Shown here piece by piece: positions 24,430-38,290 of a stretch of DNA of 64,000 nucleotides. Source of the stretch: Octopus bimaculoides. Taxonomy: Eukaryota. How positions within the stretch are numbered: the first letter of the stretch is position 1; every line of letters begins with the position of its first letter. The position numbers and the translations under genes were made by a program. The stretch lies in the NCBI RefSeq assembly GCF_001194135.2, contig NC_068985.1, positions 71,850,730 to 71,914,729 of the forward strand, written 5' to 3'. The notes under the pieces were generated by a model, which saw nothing but the letters and a program-made list of their open reading frames with translations, was not told where the DNA came from and ran no database searches.

Positions 24430-25101
24430 AATAATAATTATCCTTTCTACTAAAGGCACAAGGCCTGACATTTTGGGGAGGGAACTAGTTAATTACATTG
24501 ACTTCAATATTTCACTGGTACTTAATTTATCAACCGTAAAGGATGAAAGGAAAATTCAACCTCGGTGGAATTTACACTCAGAACGTAGTAATGGGCGAAA
24601 TACCGCTAAGCATTTCATTCTGCATGCTAACAGCTCTGACAGTTCTCCGCCTTAGAATAATAATTTCAAATTTTGGTACAAGGCCAGCAATTTTGGGGAA
24701 GGGGTGAGTTGATTATATCAACCCCAGTGCTCAACTGGTACTTATTTTATCTATCCTGAAAATATGAAAGGCAAAGCCAACCTCAGAGAATTTGAACTCA
24801 GAATGAAGCAACGGACAAAATGCCACTAATCATTTTACCTTGCATGCTAATGATTCTGATAATAATAATATTAATAATAATAATAATAATAATTTTGCTA
24901 CAAGGGCAGCAATTTTTTGGGGAGGAGATGAATCAATTACATTGACCCCCCGCCAGTCTTCAACTGGTACTAATTTTATTGACCCCAAAAGGATGAAAGG
25001 TAAAGTCAACCTTGGTAGAATTTGAACTCGAAACATAGTGATGGGTGAAATACTGCTAAGCATTTTATCCAGCGCACTAACAACTCTGCCAGCTTACTGC
25101 C

Positions 25102-25102
<1 letters not shown>
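24430..25102 (-). mobile_element. Head-to-tail array of three SINE A copies
   Basis: Three bodies separated by (AAT)n, carrying different 3'-end variants. Confidence 0.9.
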
Positions 25103-25148
<46 letters not shown>

Positions 25149-25925
25149 TTCTAACATAAACAAATGGGCTCATATTTTGTGTGTAAGGTCTTGTGTATAA
25201 CTTTATTTTTATCAACCCCAAACAAATAGAATGCAAAGTTAACTTCAGTTGGATATGGTCTGTGAATGCTAAAGGCTGTAATCTGGGAATTCTCTCTGAG
25301 GATCCATAAGGCCCTTGGGAATCCATATAAGATTTTGTTGTTAAAATTTGTCTGCAATAAATTGGTTGTATTTCTACAATACACAATATGTTTTGATTCC
25401 TTTATATAATTCCTAATAATATTTAATCATAAAAATACAGTAGGATGTTTTTTATATATATCAAATGGCTATGGAAGTCCATCATCACCATCATTTAACA
25501 TCCGTCTTCCATGTTGGCATGAGTTAGACAGTTTGACAGGAGCTGGCCAGGTAAGACTTCACCAGGCTTCTGTGTCTGTTTTGGCATGGTTTTTATGGCT
25601 GGATGCCCTTCCTAACACCAACCACTCTGTGGACTGAGTGATTTTTACATGGCACCAGCGCTGGTCAGGTCATGGTTTTTGAAGGTGAATGCCTTTCCAA
25701 ATGCCAACCATTTCACAGTGTAGACTGGATGCTTTTTACATGGCACCAGCACCAGCAGGGTCAATAAGTAACTTGCAAGACAAGAAATTTTAAGAGGAGA
25801 TGGAGGCATTAGAGGAGGTGATCTTGTGTCAGATGATGAAAGATTAGAGTGTGACAAAGAGACAGATAAATGGCTGAGAACCACTCAAGGTATTTTGTTC
25901 AGTGTTCTACTGATTCAGTGAGTTC

Positions 25926-26340
25926 ACTCTTTACTCTTTTACTCTTTTACTTGTTTCAGTCTTTTGACTGTGGCCATGCTGGAGCACCGCCTTTAGTCAA
26001 GCAAATCGACCCCAGAACTTATTCTTTAGAAGCCTAGTACTTATTCTATCGGTCTCTTTTGCCGAACCGCTAAGTTACGGGGACATAAACACACCAGCAT
26101 CGGTTGTCAAGTGATGTTGGGGGGACAAACACAGACACACAAACACATACATATATATATATATATATACATATATACTACAGGCTTCTTTCAGTTTCCG
26201 TCCACCAAATCCACTCACAAGGCTTTGGTCGGCCCGAGGCTATAGTAGAAGACACTTGCCCAAGATGCCACGTAGTGGGACTGAACCCGAGACCATGTGG
26301 TTGGTAAGCAAGCTACTTACCACACAGCCACTCCTACGCC
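25926..26340 (-). mobile_element. SINE family B, young full-length copy
   Basis: Minus strand GGCGTAGGAGTGGCTGTGTGGTAAGTAGC...GGGTTCAGTCCC (A/B boxes), central (TA)/(TG) tract, tail (AAAGAGT)n. Other B copies or fragments lie at about 20580-20760, 29155-29515, 32640-32790, 35165-35690, 38375-38560 and 54390-54670. Confidence 0.92.
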
Positions 26341-28106
26341 TATTTTTTTTTAATAGTTGTAATAATCTATAACATAGGCAAGCAAGGAAAAGGAAAAAGT
26401 TGATTAAACCAATGTCAGTATTTGATTGGTACATTATTTCATCTATATTGAAGGGTGAAAGGTAAAGTTTAATAAGACATGTAGATTAGGTAATGAGAAA
26501 GTGGTGACGGTAACTCATTCAGCATCATCATCATCATTTAATGTTTGTTTTCCATGCTGGCATGGGTTAAATGGTTTGACTGGAGCTGGTAAGCCAGAGA
26601 GCTGCACTAGGCTGCAGTCATCTATTTTGGCCTGGTTTCTATGGCTGCAGACCCTTCCTTGTACCACTCTGCAGAGTATACTGGGGGCCAATCATATGTC
26701 ACTGGCACCAGTGCCTTTTATGTGTCACTGGCACTAGCCATGACTACAGTTTCACTTAGCTTGCCATGTCTTTTCAAGTACAACAAATCACCAGAAGTCT
26801 CAGTCACTTGTTACTGCTTCCATGAGACTCAACAACTGAAGATCATATTTCCCTGCCTCATCTCGTATCTTCTTTGGTCTACCTCTTGCATAGAAATTGG
26901 CATTTCTTGGAAGTACCAACATCTTGCAAAAAGTACTAACACAATATGACTTGAGAGAGAAAGAGCACTTAGTATGTACCTAGTTAAGGTATTACATGTA
27001 TTAAAAGAGATTATAGTAATAATGATAAAAATATTAACAACAGCAATTTCTCAAGCAGTCATAAGGCCTTAAAATTTTGGAAAATGAGAGTATAATCAAT
27101 TATAGCAACTCCAGTACTTCGTGATTACATATTTTATCTTCAATGGGAAAATGAAGACCATACAGGTGAGATTGGTACGAAATGTAATGGGATGAAATTT
27201 AATACCGGTAAGGTGAAGCATTAGAATCTGAGAAGACTAGTTATGGTCTGTGTCAGTCAATATTATCATCATTGTCACTCTCTCCCATTTTTTCCATGCT
27301 AGCATGGGTTAGACAAAAACTTGTTGAAACAGATGGATGCTCTTGTTGTTACCAAGCCCTGCCTGTTTTTCAAGTAAGGTATTTTTAATCTGTAGGTTCT
27401 CATACAAAACCAATGAAGCCACTGAAAATATATTGTACAGTGTTCACAAAATGGAATAAATCATTTTGCTGTGAAGAAGAATACAAAAAGGAATATTACT
27501 GGCAGAATTCTTCATAAGGGAACAAGAGAGAAGGAGAGAGAGACTGAGACAGAGAAACATAGAGAGAGAGAAAGAGAGATTAAATGTTTACAAGTAGAGT
27601 TGAATAAATAGATTGAAAGTTTATTTCCTCTTCCATTCAACCAATTCTGCCAGTCAACCAAACAATATTTAAGTATTGCTACTAAAAATGTGGACCAACA
27701 TAGAAGAGAACTTTTGTTTGAGATGAAGAACAGTTTTGGTACTGGTTATTTCAGTTCTGTAAGACCATCTAATATACTCAGGTCTTACTACCGCCTGCAT
27801 TGTGCCTCTAAACAAAGAAAACAAGTACCACTTCCAATTTCCACAGTTGAGTGGTTAGCAAGCTGGAAAGGGGATCCAATTGTAAAATGTTTTCCATCCA
27901 CCTACACTTGTTGGTATGGAATAATAGGTTGGAAACACCTATTGTTGGTAATTCTTAATGCTTAAAATACTATGCTCTTATGAGAAGAAAATGACAAACT
28001 TGAAGGCTTGTACAAACTCTAAAGAGTTTCTACATTTAAACTACATTATTGCATGCAAGCAATTACAATATCTGGTGGCTGGTTGTTGCTGAACTATTGA
28101 CATTTG

Positions 28107-28150
<44 letters not shown>

Positions 28151-30724
28151 TTATATGTATGTAGGTATGTATATATGTATTATGTATGTATGTATGTGTG
28201 GATATACTGTATATCATGCTACATTATTATACTTTTGTTGTAGTTATATCTAGTTTACAACAGTGTGACAAAAGAGGCTAACAAAACAGCAAGATAGCAA
28301 AATATAAGAGTGACATACAACAAGAGATGAATGAAAGTTTTCTTCTGGTTTAGGTTTTAAAGCTTAACTATATAAAATAGAGAAACTACACACATCCATA
28401 CACGCACACGCACACACACATGGATAGATGGATAGATAGAATGAAGAATATGTATATACATTCATGCGTGTATGTATATATACATGTGCGTGTGCGGTGT
28501 GCTTGTGCCTGGGTGTAAATATATGGAGATGGACAAACGGATCAGCAGAAGAAGTGCGAGAGGTATGGAGAGAAATATCTAAGAATTTTTATCTTTTTAC
28601 ATTAAATTTGTTTATGAATAAGACAAAAGAGACCAATAAATTATTTTTTCTTCTACATATTGATTATGTAAGAATTGTAAAGTGAACCTTTTTGTAATTA
28701 TTATTTATAATGAAATATATTTTATCATCATTAATTTAAAGTCCACTTTTCCATGCTTCCATGGGGCAGACAGAATTTATTAAGGCAGATTTTCTACTGC
28801 TGGATGCCTTTGCTGTCACCAACCTTCACCTGTTGACACAATCTGAAAGAAATAAGCATAAATCAGGAAAATGTATGTTTGCTGGTGATAATTTCCTTGA
28901 TAGTCTTTAGGAGCTTTTCTGGAGTTTGAGATTGTGCAAATGAACAAGCATCAACTACGTTGTATGAAAACAAGATGTTCTAAACACCAGTCATATACCA
29001 GTTGGCAGAAAAACATTAAAGGGGCCAACTACACAAAATCCCAAGTTTTAACATTCTGCTGAGCTACCTACCAATTACTGAAATTCTAGCAGTATTGAAT
29101 TTGGCTTGAATCAGCTCTGAACAACAACTACAAGCAGAAAGCAAGCACATAATTAGTGTGACTGTGTGGTAAGAAGCTTACTTCCTAATCAGATGGTTCC
29201 AGGTTCAGTCCCACTGCGTGGCACTTTGGATAAGTGTCTTCTACTAAAGCCTCAGGCTGACCAAAGCCTCTTGAGTGGATTTGGTAGAGATATGTGTGTG
29301 TGTGTGTGTGTTTGTTCCCCCTCCACCACTTGACAACCGGAGTTGGTGTGTTTACATCCCTGTAACTTAGCATTTCAGCAAAAGAGACCAAAGAAATAAG
29401 TACAATGCTTAAAAAAGAAAAGTACTGGAGTTGATTCATTTGACTAAAAAAAGTTTAAGGCAGTGCCCCAGCATGGCCTCAGTCTAATGACTGAAACAAA
29501 AATATAAAAGATGAATACATTGTCCCTTAATGCATCACTCTTTGTTTTGAAGTTTGATTTGATGTGGGAGATTTGGCTGCTATTTCTAGTAGTTTAGGAC
29601 TCCCAACTCTTCTTGTAAGATGATGGGGGTAGGATCTTGCTGCCAATGTTGTTATTGTTGTCAGTGCTTGTTGTTATTTTAGTTGCTGGAAGAGCAGGGG
29701 GCTGGGTGACAATTCATGTGCTTTTTACATGAACAGCAACACTATTAAGGAGATTTTGTTTTTTAGCTTTATTTTTGTTTTTAATTTTACTTTTTTTTTC
29801 TTTTCCTCTTGGGGACTAAAACATGATGAGGAGGAGGGTGGGGAAGCACAGCTGAACTTTGTTTTTATAATCTCCTGGAGGACCAAATAACGATGTAGAA
29901 GGAAGGGCAACCTCTTTCTCTCTGTTAAAATAGAATTTTTTTTTTTTGAAAAAAAATGTCTCCATGTGGTGGTGCCTTCGGCAATGACGATGATCACGGT
30001 GATGATGATGATGATGTTGGATGTAGGTGATAACGAAGTGGTTGTGGTGGTGAAAGTGTAGTCTTTTGAGTGATGTTGGTGATGATGATTTTCATTAGTA
30101 GTGGCTTGCCTCGCGCTTTTGAAGCTCAGTTGTGGTATGTGATGGCAGTATTGGTAGCAGTGGTAATGAGGTTGGTGGTAGATGTAGTCTGGTAGTGGTG
30201 ATAGTTGTTGTTGTTGGTGGTGGTGGTGACAATATGATGATGATGATAATTGTGATAGTGATGATGAATGTAGGGGTGGTGGTGATGGTGGTGGAAATGA
30301 CATGGGCGGGGTAATGGAGGGATTTTGTTAACGAACTGAATGTTTTTCTGTGAACAAAGGTTTTGGTAATTTTACAGTCTACTTACTTCATAGCTTTACC
30401 AAAATAATTCCCTCTGAAAAGGATATATGTTTCCACTAAAATGGTTCCTTTAGTTAATTTCTTGGAATTTTGAAAAACAGATTCGTCCAAAGAGTCAAAG
30501 GATTTTGTTTTTTCTTGAAGTTTTAAAAGTATGTTATTGTTGTTCTTGTTTTTATTGTCCTTATTGTGATGGGGGTAGTGCAGAGGTTACATTAAAGAAC
30601 TGAAAGTCTTTCTGTGAACATATATTTTTGCAGTCATATCCACCCCCACCCCTACCACATGCCTTTTTTTATCATTACCACACATTCTACAAGGGATAAA
30701 GAAAACTGAATAAGCAACTGTCTA

Positions 30725-30886
30725 AATAGTAGTGGTGGTGGTGGTGGTGGTAATAGTGGTGGTGGTAGTAGTAGCAGTAGTAGTGGTGATGGTAGTTGTA
30801 ATAGTATTACTGGTGGTGGTAGTAGCAGTAGTAGTAGTGGTGGTGGTGGTAGCAGTAGTAGTAGCGGTGGTGGTAGTAGTAGTAGT
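30725..30886. repeat. Compound (GTA)n/(GTG)n trinucleotide tract; a similar tract lies at about 56590-56762
   Basis: Read directly from the sequence. It explains the poly-V and poly-T ORFs. Confidence 0.95.
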
Positions 30887-31311
30887 TTCCCCTATTGACC
30901 ACAAGGACCTCCTAAGATGTTGGAAACTGATAGTAGAAATGCAAATTATCCAAAGAAAAACAATTAGCAAAAAAGAAACAAAAAACAGAAAAAACAATAG
31001 GAGATTCATACCAGGTTATAAGAATGATGGTCAACAAAGTAAAATAGGCATTAGTATATAATAGATAAAAACAAATATGCAAAGCAACAATGAAGCTCCA
31101 AAGAATGGATGATTTTCGGGGCATCCCACACACAACAACTGTGAGCCTTGACCTTCCCAAAGGCAAATACTTTCTCCCAGTTTTTGCCACCTGCCAACAG
31201 CTATTTAGTAAATAATGTAAATTCATTTTCAATGTCCACACCTTTTCTTGTTTTTCATGGGAGTTACTGGAGTGATTTTTAGATTGGAATGAAGTGTAGT
31301 AGGTGATTTAA

Positions 31312-31526
31312 CCCTTTGACATTAAAACAGGTCCTAATATTTTTATCTGTTTCATGTTCAAACCAGCTAGATTTGATTTCTTGTACCCCTACCCTACAAT
31401 GTCATTCTGAAAATGCAACAATCACATCATTGAACTCTCAAAACTACAAGATAATGCCTAATTAATTCAAAATAATGTAAATAAATAAGCTTTAACATTT
31501 GACAGAAAAATCTGAATGATAAAGGG
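31312..31526. mobile_element. piggyBac-type MITE; another copy at about 62989-63209
   Basis: TTAA-CCCTTT...AAAGGG-TTAG, with an internal sequence matching 12389-12594. Confidence 0.85.
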
Positions 31527-31709
31527 TTAGGTGTCTCCAATAGTTGACTGGTACTTCATGTTGTTGAGCTCAAAAGGTTGAAGGCAAAATCAAACTTGGT
31601 TATTTTAAACAAAAAGCAAAAAAAGTGCATTAAAGAGTATAACTAAATTTCGTAAAACATTTTGCATGATGCTCTACCAATTCCATCAAACTATCACAAC
31701 AACAATAAT

Positions 31710-32250
31710 AATGCTTTCAAATTTTAGCACAAAGCCAGCAAGCTTGGAGCCAGGTTGTTCAACTGGTACTTATTTTATTAACCCCAAATGGATGAAAGGC
31801 AAACTTGACCTCAGCAGAATTTGAATTCGGAATGAAAAGACAGATGAAATTCTGCTTAGAATTTTGCTCAGTATGTTAACAATTCTGCCACTGTCTTAAC
31901 ACCAGCTCACTGCCTTAGATAATAATAACAATAGTAATAATAATAAATTATTTCTACTGGAAGCACATGGCTTCAAATTTTGGGGAAGAGATTAAGTCGA
32001 TTACATTGACCTCAGTGTGTAACTGGTACTTATTTAATCAACACCGAAAGGATGAAAGGCAAAGTCAACCACGGTGGGATTTGAACTCAATAATAATAAT
32101 AATGATAATAATAATTCCTTCTAAAATAGGCACAGGGCCTGAAATTTGGAGGAGGAAGATAGTTGATTACATTGACCCCAGTACTCAACTGGTACTTATT
32201 TTATTGACCCAGAAAGGATAAAAGCAAAGTTAGCACCAGCTCACTGCCTT
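31710..32250 (-). mobile_element. Tandem SINE A copies separated by (AAT)n; a similar pair at about 56765-57122
   Basis: Repeated family A bodies. Confidence 0.85.
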
Positions 32251-32252
32251 AG

Positions 32253-32311
<59 letters not shown>

Positions 32312-32923
32312 TATAATTGTAATTTCTTTTTATTTGCTACCTGGATGACATCTGAGGGAGACAATTAGAAAAACTGACGTAACGGATTCAGGATTAATGT
32401 GTAAGGTGAACTGGGTTAATAAAAAAATTTGAGCATCAGATTAGATATAACAGCATCTGTCCTTGATCTTTACATTCTGATGAGAATGCTTGTACTGTCA
32501 CTTGGTGCCCGAAGTGTATTGGCTCATACTTCTCCTTTGGATAATATTAGTGGAGTTGAGATAAACAACTGCGGACTTCTATAGATAATAAAAAAACCTG
32601 TCCAAGACTCTCTCACTCACACATACACAAGCACACATACAGAGCAAGATGCAGTTTCTATCTACTGAATACCAATTACATGGTGTTGATGGACCCAATT
32701 TTACAGTTGAAGACACTTGCCCAAAGTGCCTCACAGTGGAATAAAACCCCAAACCAAATTGGTTGAAGCAAATTTCTGAACTTCACAGTCATGTCTGTGT
32801 CTGACACAGCTATGCCTAATATACGTGATGAAACCAAAACATTCACAAATATATATTTACTTGCATGTTATATCTATATTTATTTCAGTCATTCTATCTA
32901 TTTATCTAACTTTCTCTCTCCCT

Positions 32924-33011
<88 letters not shown>

Positions 33012-33138
33012 AATACATACACACACATACATTTTATGTGTGTGTGTGTGTGCATGTGTGTATCACATAAAACAAATCAAGAATATCAATGTGTGTACAT
33101 GGAACATAATACAAACCAATTATCTCAGTGTGTGTCAG

Positions 33139-33185
<47 letters not shown>

Positions 33186-34145
33186 GTTTGTGGGTGTAAG
33201 AATGTACTTGAGTACATCCCACAAAAAAGGAATAATATATAAATAAATATATTGATTTGAAAGGTTCTTGGTTTTCTCTTTAAAACTTCAGATCTACATT
33301 AGCCAGGAGCTGCTTTTAACCCTTCACAAAGTTGAGCCCTAGAATGTTTTTCTTTTCTATTTTGCACTCATATTCTCCATTTTCTTTTCTTAACATATAT
33401 GCATACATACATACATGTATGTATGTAGATGTGTACATTTAAATATATATATGTACATATTAAGTTTTTACCATATAAGCTTGGGAGTAGGTACATAATC
33501 ATCCATTCACATAGATCTAAAACATTTTTTTTACCATGTACACACACACACACATATAGTGCAAAAGTGAAAAAAAAAAAAAGCATAAAGACAAAGTAAA
33601 AACAAACATAGTTTTCTCTTTGTACACAGACATTCACATGCAACTGTAGCAAAATATAAATTTCTTTATAATTTGGTTAAAAGAAATCAGCTCAGCAAAG
33701 TTTTGGAAGACGTTTGAAAATATCGCAAAAAGGAAAATATCCAGGAGACAAAATTTAGAATATAAAGTGCATATATATTTTAAATGCTTTTTAATGACTG
33801 TTCTATCTTTATCTTGGAGTACTGCATTGTGAAATCTTTCCTAACTACCTCTTTCTTGGCCCCTAATAGACTTTGTGTTAATATCCTTCAACCCTTGATA
33901 GAATTGGGGTTGCTTTTCATTTCCCTTAATTTGTACATAATTATGTTAATACCTTCAATGAGATTAAGACAGTTTAACACGCACACATATAACAAATGAA
34001 CACACGCATGTAAAACCTCATTTGGACAGACAGATGGATACATGGATTTTCATGGTTCAAAACTTGCATGTTGATCTGTGTGTGGGTGTATATATATAAA
34101 TATATATATATAGTGTCTGGGAAGAGTCATATATATATTTTTATA

Positions 34146-34338
34146 TGAGGAGTTGCTGAAAAGTTCCTGGCTTTAAGGATATTGCAAAAGGCCTGGTTTA
34201 CAGGGCTTAGAAAAAACTGAAGGATTGCTGCAATAAGTGTGTGAATCTGAAGAGGGAATATGTTGAATAAAATCATAATTAACTGGTCCTCCTGTATTTT
34301 CCTTTATCCAAAGCCAGGAGCTTTTCAGAAACCCCTTG
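34146..34338 (+). mobile_element. Mariner-derived MITE; second copy in opposite orientation at 58956-59171
   Basis: TA flanks and TIRs TGAGGAGTTGCTGAAAAGTTCCTGGCTTT / AAAGCCAGGAGCTTTTCAGAAACCCCTTG. It retains a transposase C-terminal remnant (GLEKLKDCCNKCVNL..EYVE*). Confidence 0.9.
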
Positions 34339-34600
34339 TATAACCCACTTTGATAGTTCTTTATTTTCACAAACATGGGATTTGAGTTCAAATCATGCCT
34401 CCTGTCATCACAAACAAAACAAAAAAAGAAATGGACCTTTGGAACCAGGTAAAAAATTAGTGAAAAACTTGAAAAGTCTTTAAGCAAATGCTCAAGCATT
34501 TCAGCAGATCGCTCTCAGAACCAATTTCTTTAACTTGTATGAAAGGATGCAAGATGTTAGAGTTCTCTCTGTTCTCTGTTATTTTACATGTACATCATTT

Positions 34601-34655
<55 letters not shown>

Positions 34656-35752
34656 TATTCATAGGTACTATTATTCTCTTTCTTATATATATTAACATAT
34701 GTATATGTGTTTATATCTTTGTATGTACATATCTGTGTATATATTTTTATGCGCACAGACACAACACAAAGTGCAAGTATGTACATGTGTGCACAAGCCA
34801 AAACATATACAATACAAATTGATATACGTCTGTGTGCAGATTGAAATATTCATGCACAGGAAGTACAAGTGCATTAAGGAAAATACATGCATTGTAAAGA
34901 TGGCTACAATTAATTATATGTATTCACTGTACTAAATTATGAATGAGTGTGTGTGTGTATATAAATCTCCATTGGATTGTGTATACACAGAGTACACTCA
35001 TATATACATATGTATTTAAGCTTATAGGCATGAATTTGATCAAGTGAATCATAATGACATCAGTGCTAATAAGTGTGCATGTGTGTGTGTATGTGTGTGC
35101 ATATATGCATATGGTCACACATGCTTTTTTAACTCTTGTTCTGTTGTTGTATTACTTGTTATATATATGTGTGTGTGTGTTTCAGTTGTTTCAATCATTG
35201 GACAGCAGCCATATTGAGACATGGCCTTGTGGAGTTTTAGCTGAAAAAATCAACCCAGCACTTATGTTTTTTTTTAAAGTCTAGTACTTATTCTATCAGT
35301 CTCTTTAGCTGAACTGCTAAGTTACAAGGATGTAAACAAACAACACCAGTTTTCAAGTTATGTATGTGTGTCAAATTAGATCACATATTTTCTGTGGCTA
35401 AAGACTCTATGAATCTTATTTCTAGCAATGCTGGTGCTCACTGCACCCTTGATCACTTTTAGTGACAATAAAGTATTTCCTTTTTGGTTTTAAATTGTAT
35501 CTAGACACCTGAATTATTTTATAATTTTCACATTACCATTTTGCAGAATCAGCCTTTGATTCCGATGGTAGCTTCTATAAAACTGACAGGTATGAAACTC
35601 CAAAGGACTTTAGTAGAAGACACTTGCCTATGGTGCAATGCTGTGGAATTAAACCTGAGACTACAAGACTGGAAAGAAAAACTTATTAAGTACACAGACA
35701 TGTGTGTGCCCCTATGCATGTGTATATACATACATGTATACATAGACATAAC

Positions 35753-35794
<42 letters not shown>

Positions 35795-35796
<2 letters not shown>

Positions 35797-36592
35797 AAAA
35801 TAAAAAATACTAATAATAGTAATAAGGCAGAATGCTAAACTGAAAGCATATTTTAATATAGATGTGCATAAGGAGGATTAAAAAGGATTTCTAACCGACT
35901 TTCATTGCATTGCAAATTTTCAAGAAGAGGGAAAATGAAAATGATGTTTTTTTACGAAAATATAAAAAATATATATAAAAAAATAAATATACCAAAACAT
36001 TATATTGTCTTTGAGTTTTTAAAGTTCAATGGTAATCCATGTAGATAATTGTTAGACAGATTAGGATGCATGGAATTAAAAATCGTGTTGTGCTTAAAAA
36101 AGGCTGAGAGTTTGTGTTAAACAGGAAGTGTGTGTAAGGGAAGACAATTCTGTGGGTTTTATAAACTTCCTGTTGACAAAGAGTCCAGAACTCCAACTAA
36201 TTATCACAGAATTATCTTCCCTTACACACACTTCTTGTTTTGACACCACATTTCCTGTTTAACACATAAACTCTCAGCCTTTTTTAAACTCAACACGATT
36301 CTTAATTCCATGAATCCTAATCTATCTAACAATTATCTACATGAATTACCATTGAACTTTAAAAACTGAAAGAAAATATAATGTATTGGTATATTTATTT
36401 TTTTATATATTTTTTATATTTTTGTAAAAAACATTATTTTCATTTCCCCTCTTCTTGAGAATTTGCCATGCAATGAAAGCCGGTTAGAAATCCTTTTTAA
36501 TCCTTCTTATGCACATCTATATTAAAATATGCTTTCAGTTTAGCATTCTGCCTTATTATTATAATTATTATTATTATTATTTTTTATTTTCC
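35795..36592. mobile_element. Foldback element (about 360-390-bp inverted arms, 50-bp spacer) inserted at (TA)n
   Basis: The left arm 35795-36154 is the reverse complement of the right arm 36205-36592 at roughly 90% identity, by eye. TA at both ends. Confidence 0.9.
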
Positions 36593-36657
36593 TATTATTT
36601 CTCCACATGCGGTTAACACAACTCCACCATTTACTGACTTATATATATAGATAGATA

Positions 36658-36862
36658 GTTGAAATTTACAGAAAAACAAAAGATGAAGACAGGTCTGTAA
36701 ACAACAAATAGGTGTATTTGTTTAATGCTCAGGAAGGTGAGAAAGTCGTTTACGTTTTGAGCCTATGCTCTTCAACAGAAAGGAACACGAGGAAATAAAC
36801 AGAGAGAGAATAAAAAACTTTTGGAGCTACTGGTCAATCATGTCGGCTGGCAGGACACTGTA
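36658..36862 (-). mobile_element. Penelope-like non-autonomous fragment with a degenerate minimal hammerhead (about 36746-36783)
   Basis: Minus strand CUUU-CUGUUGA-A-GAGC-AUAG-GCUC-AAAAC-GUA-AACG, adjoining (TA)/(TAGA)n. Confidence 0.55.
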
Positions 36863-37660
36863 AATATATATTATCCTCACTATCATTTGATGTCTATTTT
36901 TCATGCTAGTATGAGTTAGTTGGTTTGACAGGATCCAATGAACCATAAGACTGCATCAAACTCCAATGCCAGCCTTGGTATAGTTTTTATAGCTTGATGT
37001 TCTTCCTAATGCCTCATATTTTACAGTTTGTACTAGGGCCTCTTTCTCTCAACCACCACCACTAGGGATTTTTCAAGTAACTTGCAGCATGAAAAAAGAT
37101 AAAGGGAAAAGCCACCTTTCCTAAGCGTGTGTACGTGTGGGAAGGTATTTGGGATCAGGAGCAGATTTTATTCCACATGTTGAGAGACCAAAGTACAATA
37201 GAGGGATAAGCACAGATGTCTTGCTATGGACAATATACATGGCTAACACACATTACATAAGGTAGGTGAGAGTAACTGGCAAGAAAATGAAGATGGTGGT
37301 GACAGGATACCAGAGCAAACTCTCATGGTGGGGGGATTTTTAGTAATTGCACAAGACTNNNNNNNNNNNNNNNNNNNNNNNNNNNNNNNNNNNNNNNNNN
37401 NNNNNNNNNNNNNNNNNNNNNNNNNNNNNNNNNNNNNNNNNNNNNNNNNNNNNNNNNNNNNNNNNNNNNNNNNNNNNNNNNNNNNNNNNNNNNNNNNNNN
37501 NNNNNNNNNNNNNNNNNNNNNNNNNNNNNNNNNNNNNNNNNNNNNNNNNNNNNNNNNNNNNNNNNNNNNNNNNNNNNNNNNNNNNNNNNNNNNNNNNNNN
37601 NNNNNNNNNNNNNNNNNNNNNNNNNNNNNNNNNNNNNNNNNNNNNNNNNNNNNNNNNNNN

Positions 37661-38000
37661 GTGTCTTTTATGTGCCACCCGCACAAGCCAGTCCAGGGGC
37701 GCTGGCAACGATCTCGCTCGAAAATCCTACAGGAGCCAGTCAGGCGGTACTGGCAACGGCCACGCTCAAAATGGTGCATCTCATGTGCCACCCGCACAAG
37801 AACCAGTCCAGGGGCACTGGCAACGATCTTACTTGGCTTGCCGGGTCTTCTCACGCACAGCACATTTCCAAAGGTCTCGGTCAGTAGTCATCGCCTCGGT
37901 GAGGCCCAATGTACGAAGGTCTTGCCTCACCACCTCAGCCCAGGTCTTCCTGGGCCTACCTCTTCCACGGGTTCCCTCAACTGTTAGGGTGTGGCACTTT
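37661..38000 (-). mobile_element. RTE LINE 3' end with hairpin units; another RTE end plus family C tail at about 48700-49170 (+)
   Basis: KCHTLTVEGTRGRGRPRKTWAEVVRQDLRTLGLTEAMTTDRDLWKCAVREKTRQAK*, then GCCAGT-N8-ACTGGC units. Confidence 0.92.
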
Positions 38001-38025
38001 TTCAGTGTATATATATACATATAAG

Positions 38026-38290
38026 TGAAGGCTCAGTGTTTAGGGCCATTTGGCTTGCAATCCTAAGGTCATGAGTTTGATTCCCAGTGATGTGTTATGT
38101 CCTGAGCAAAGCACTTTATTTCATGTTGATCCAGTCCACTCAGCTCGTAAAAATGATTTGTACCTGTAATTCAAAGGGCCAGCATTGTCACATTGAATCT
38201 CCCTGAGAACTACATTGAGGGTACACATGTTTGGGGAGTGCTCCACCACTTGCATATTAATTTCATGAGTAGGCTGTTCCTGAACTCTTG
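38026..38290 (+). mobile_element. tRNA-headed SINE with CORE-like centre (family G)
   Basis: GGCTCAGTGTTTAG A-box-like and GAGTTTGATTCC B-box-like motifs. The block GAGCAAAGCACTTTATTTCATGTTG is shared with family F. Confidence 0.7.

Noticed and set aside
27690-27965. 91-aa plus-strand ORF in unique sequence
   Set aside because: Non-ATG start, no motif, and no supporting exon signals.
30722-31061. Poly-T/poly-V, poly-IY, poly-HT and poly-RE ORFs throughout the window
   Set aside because: They are translations of microsatellites.
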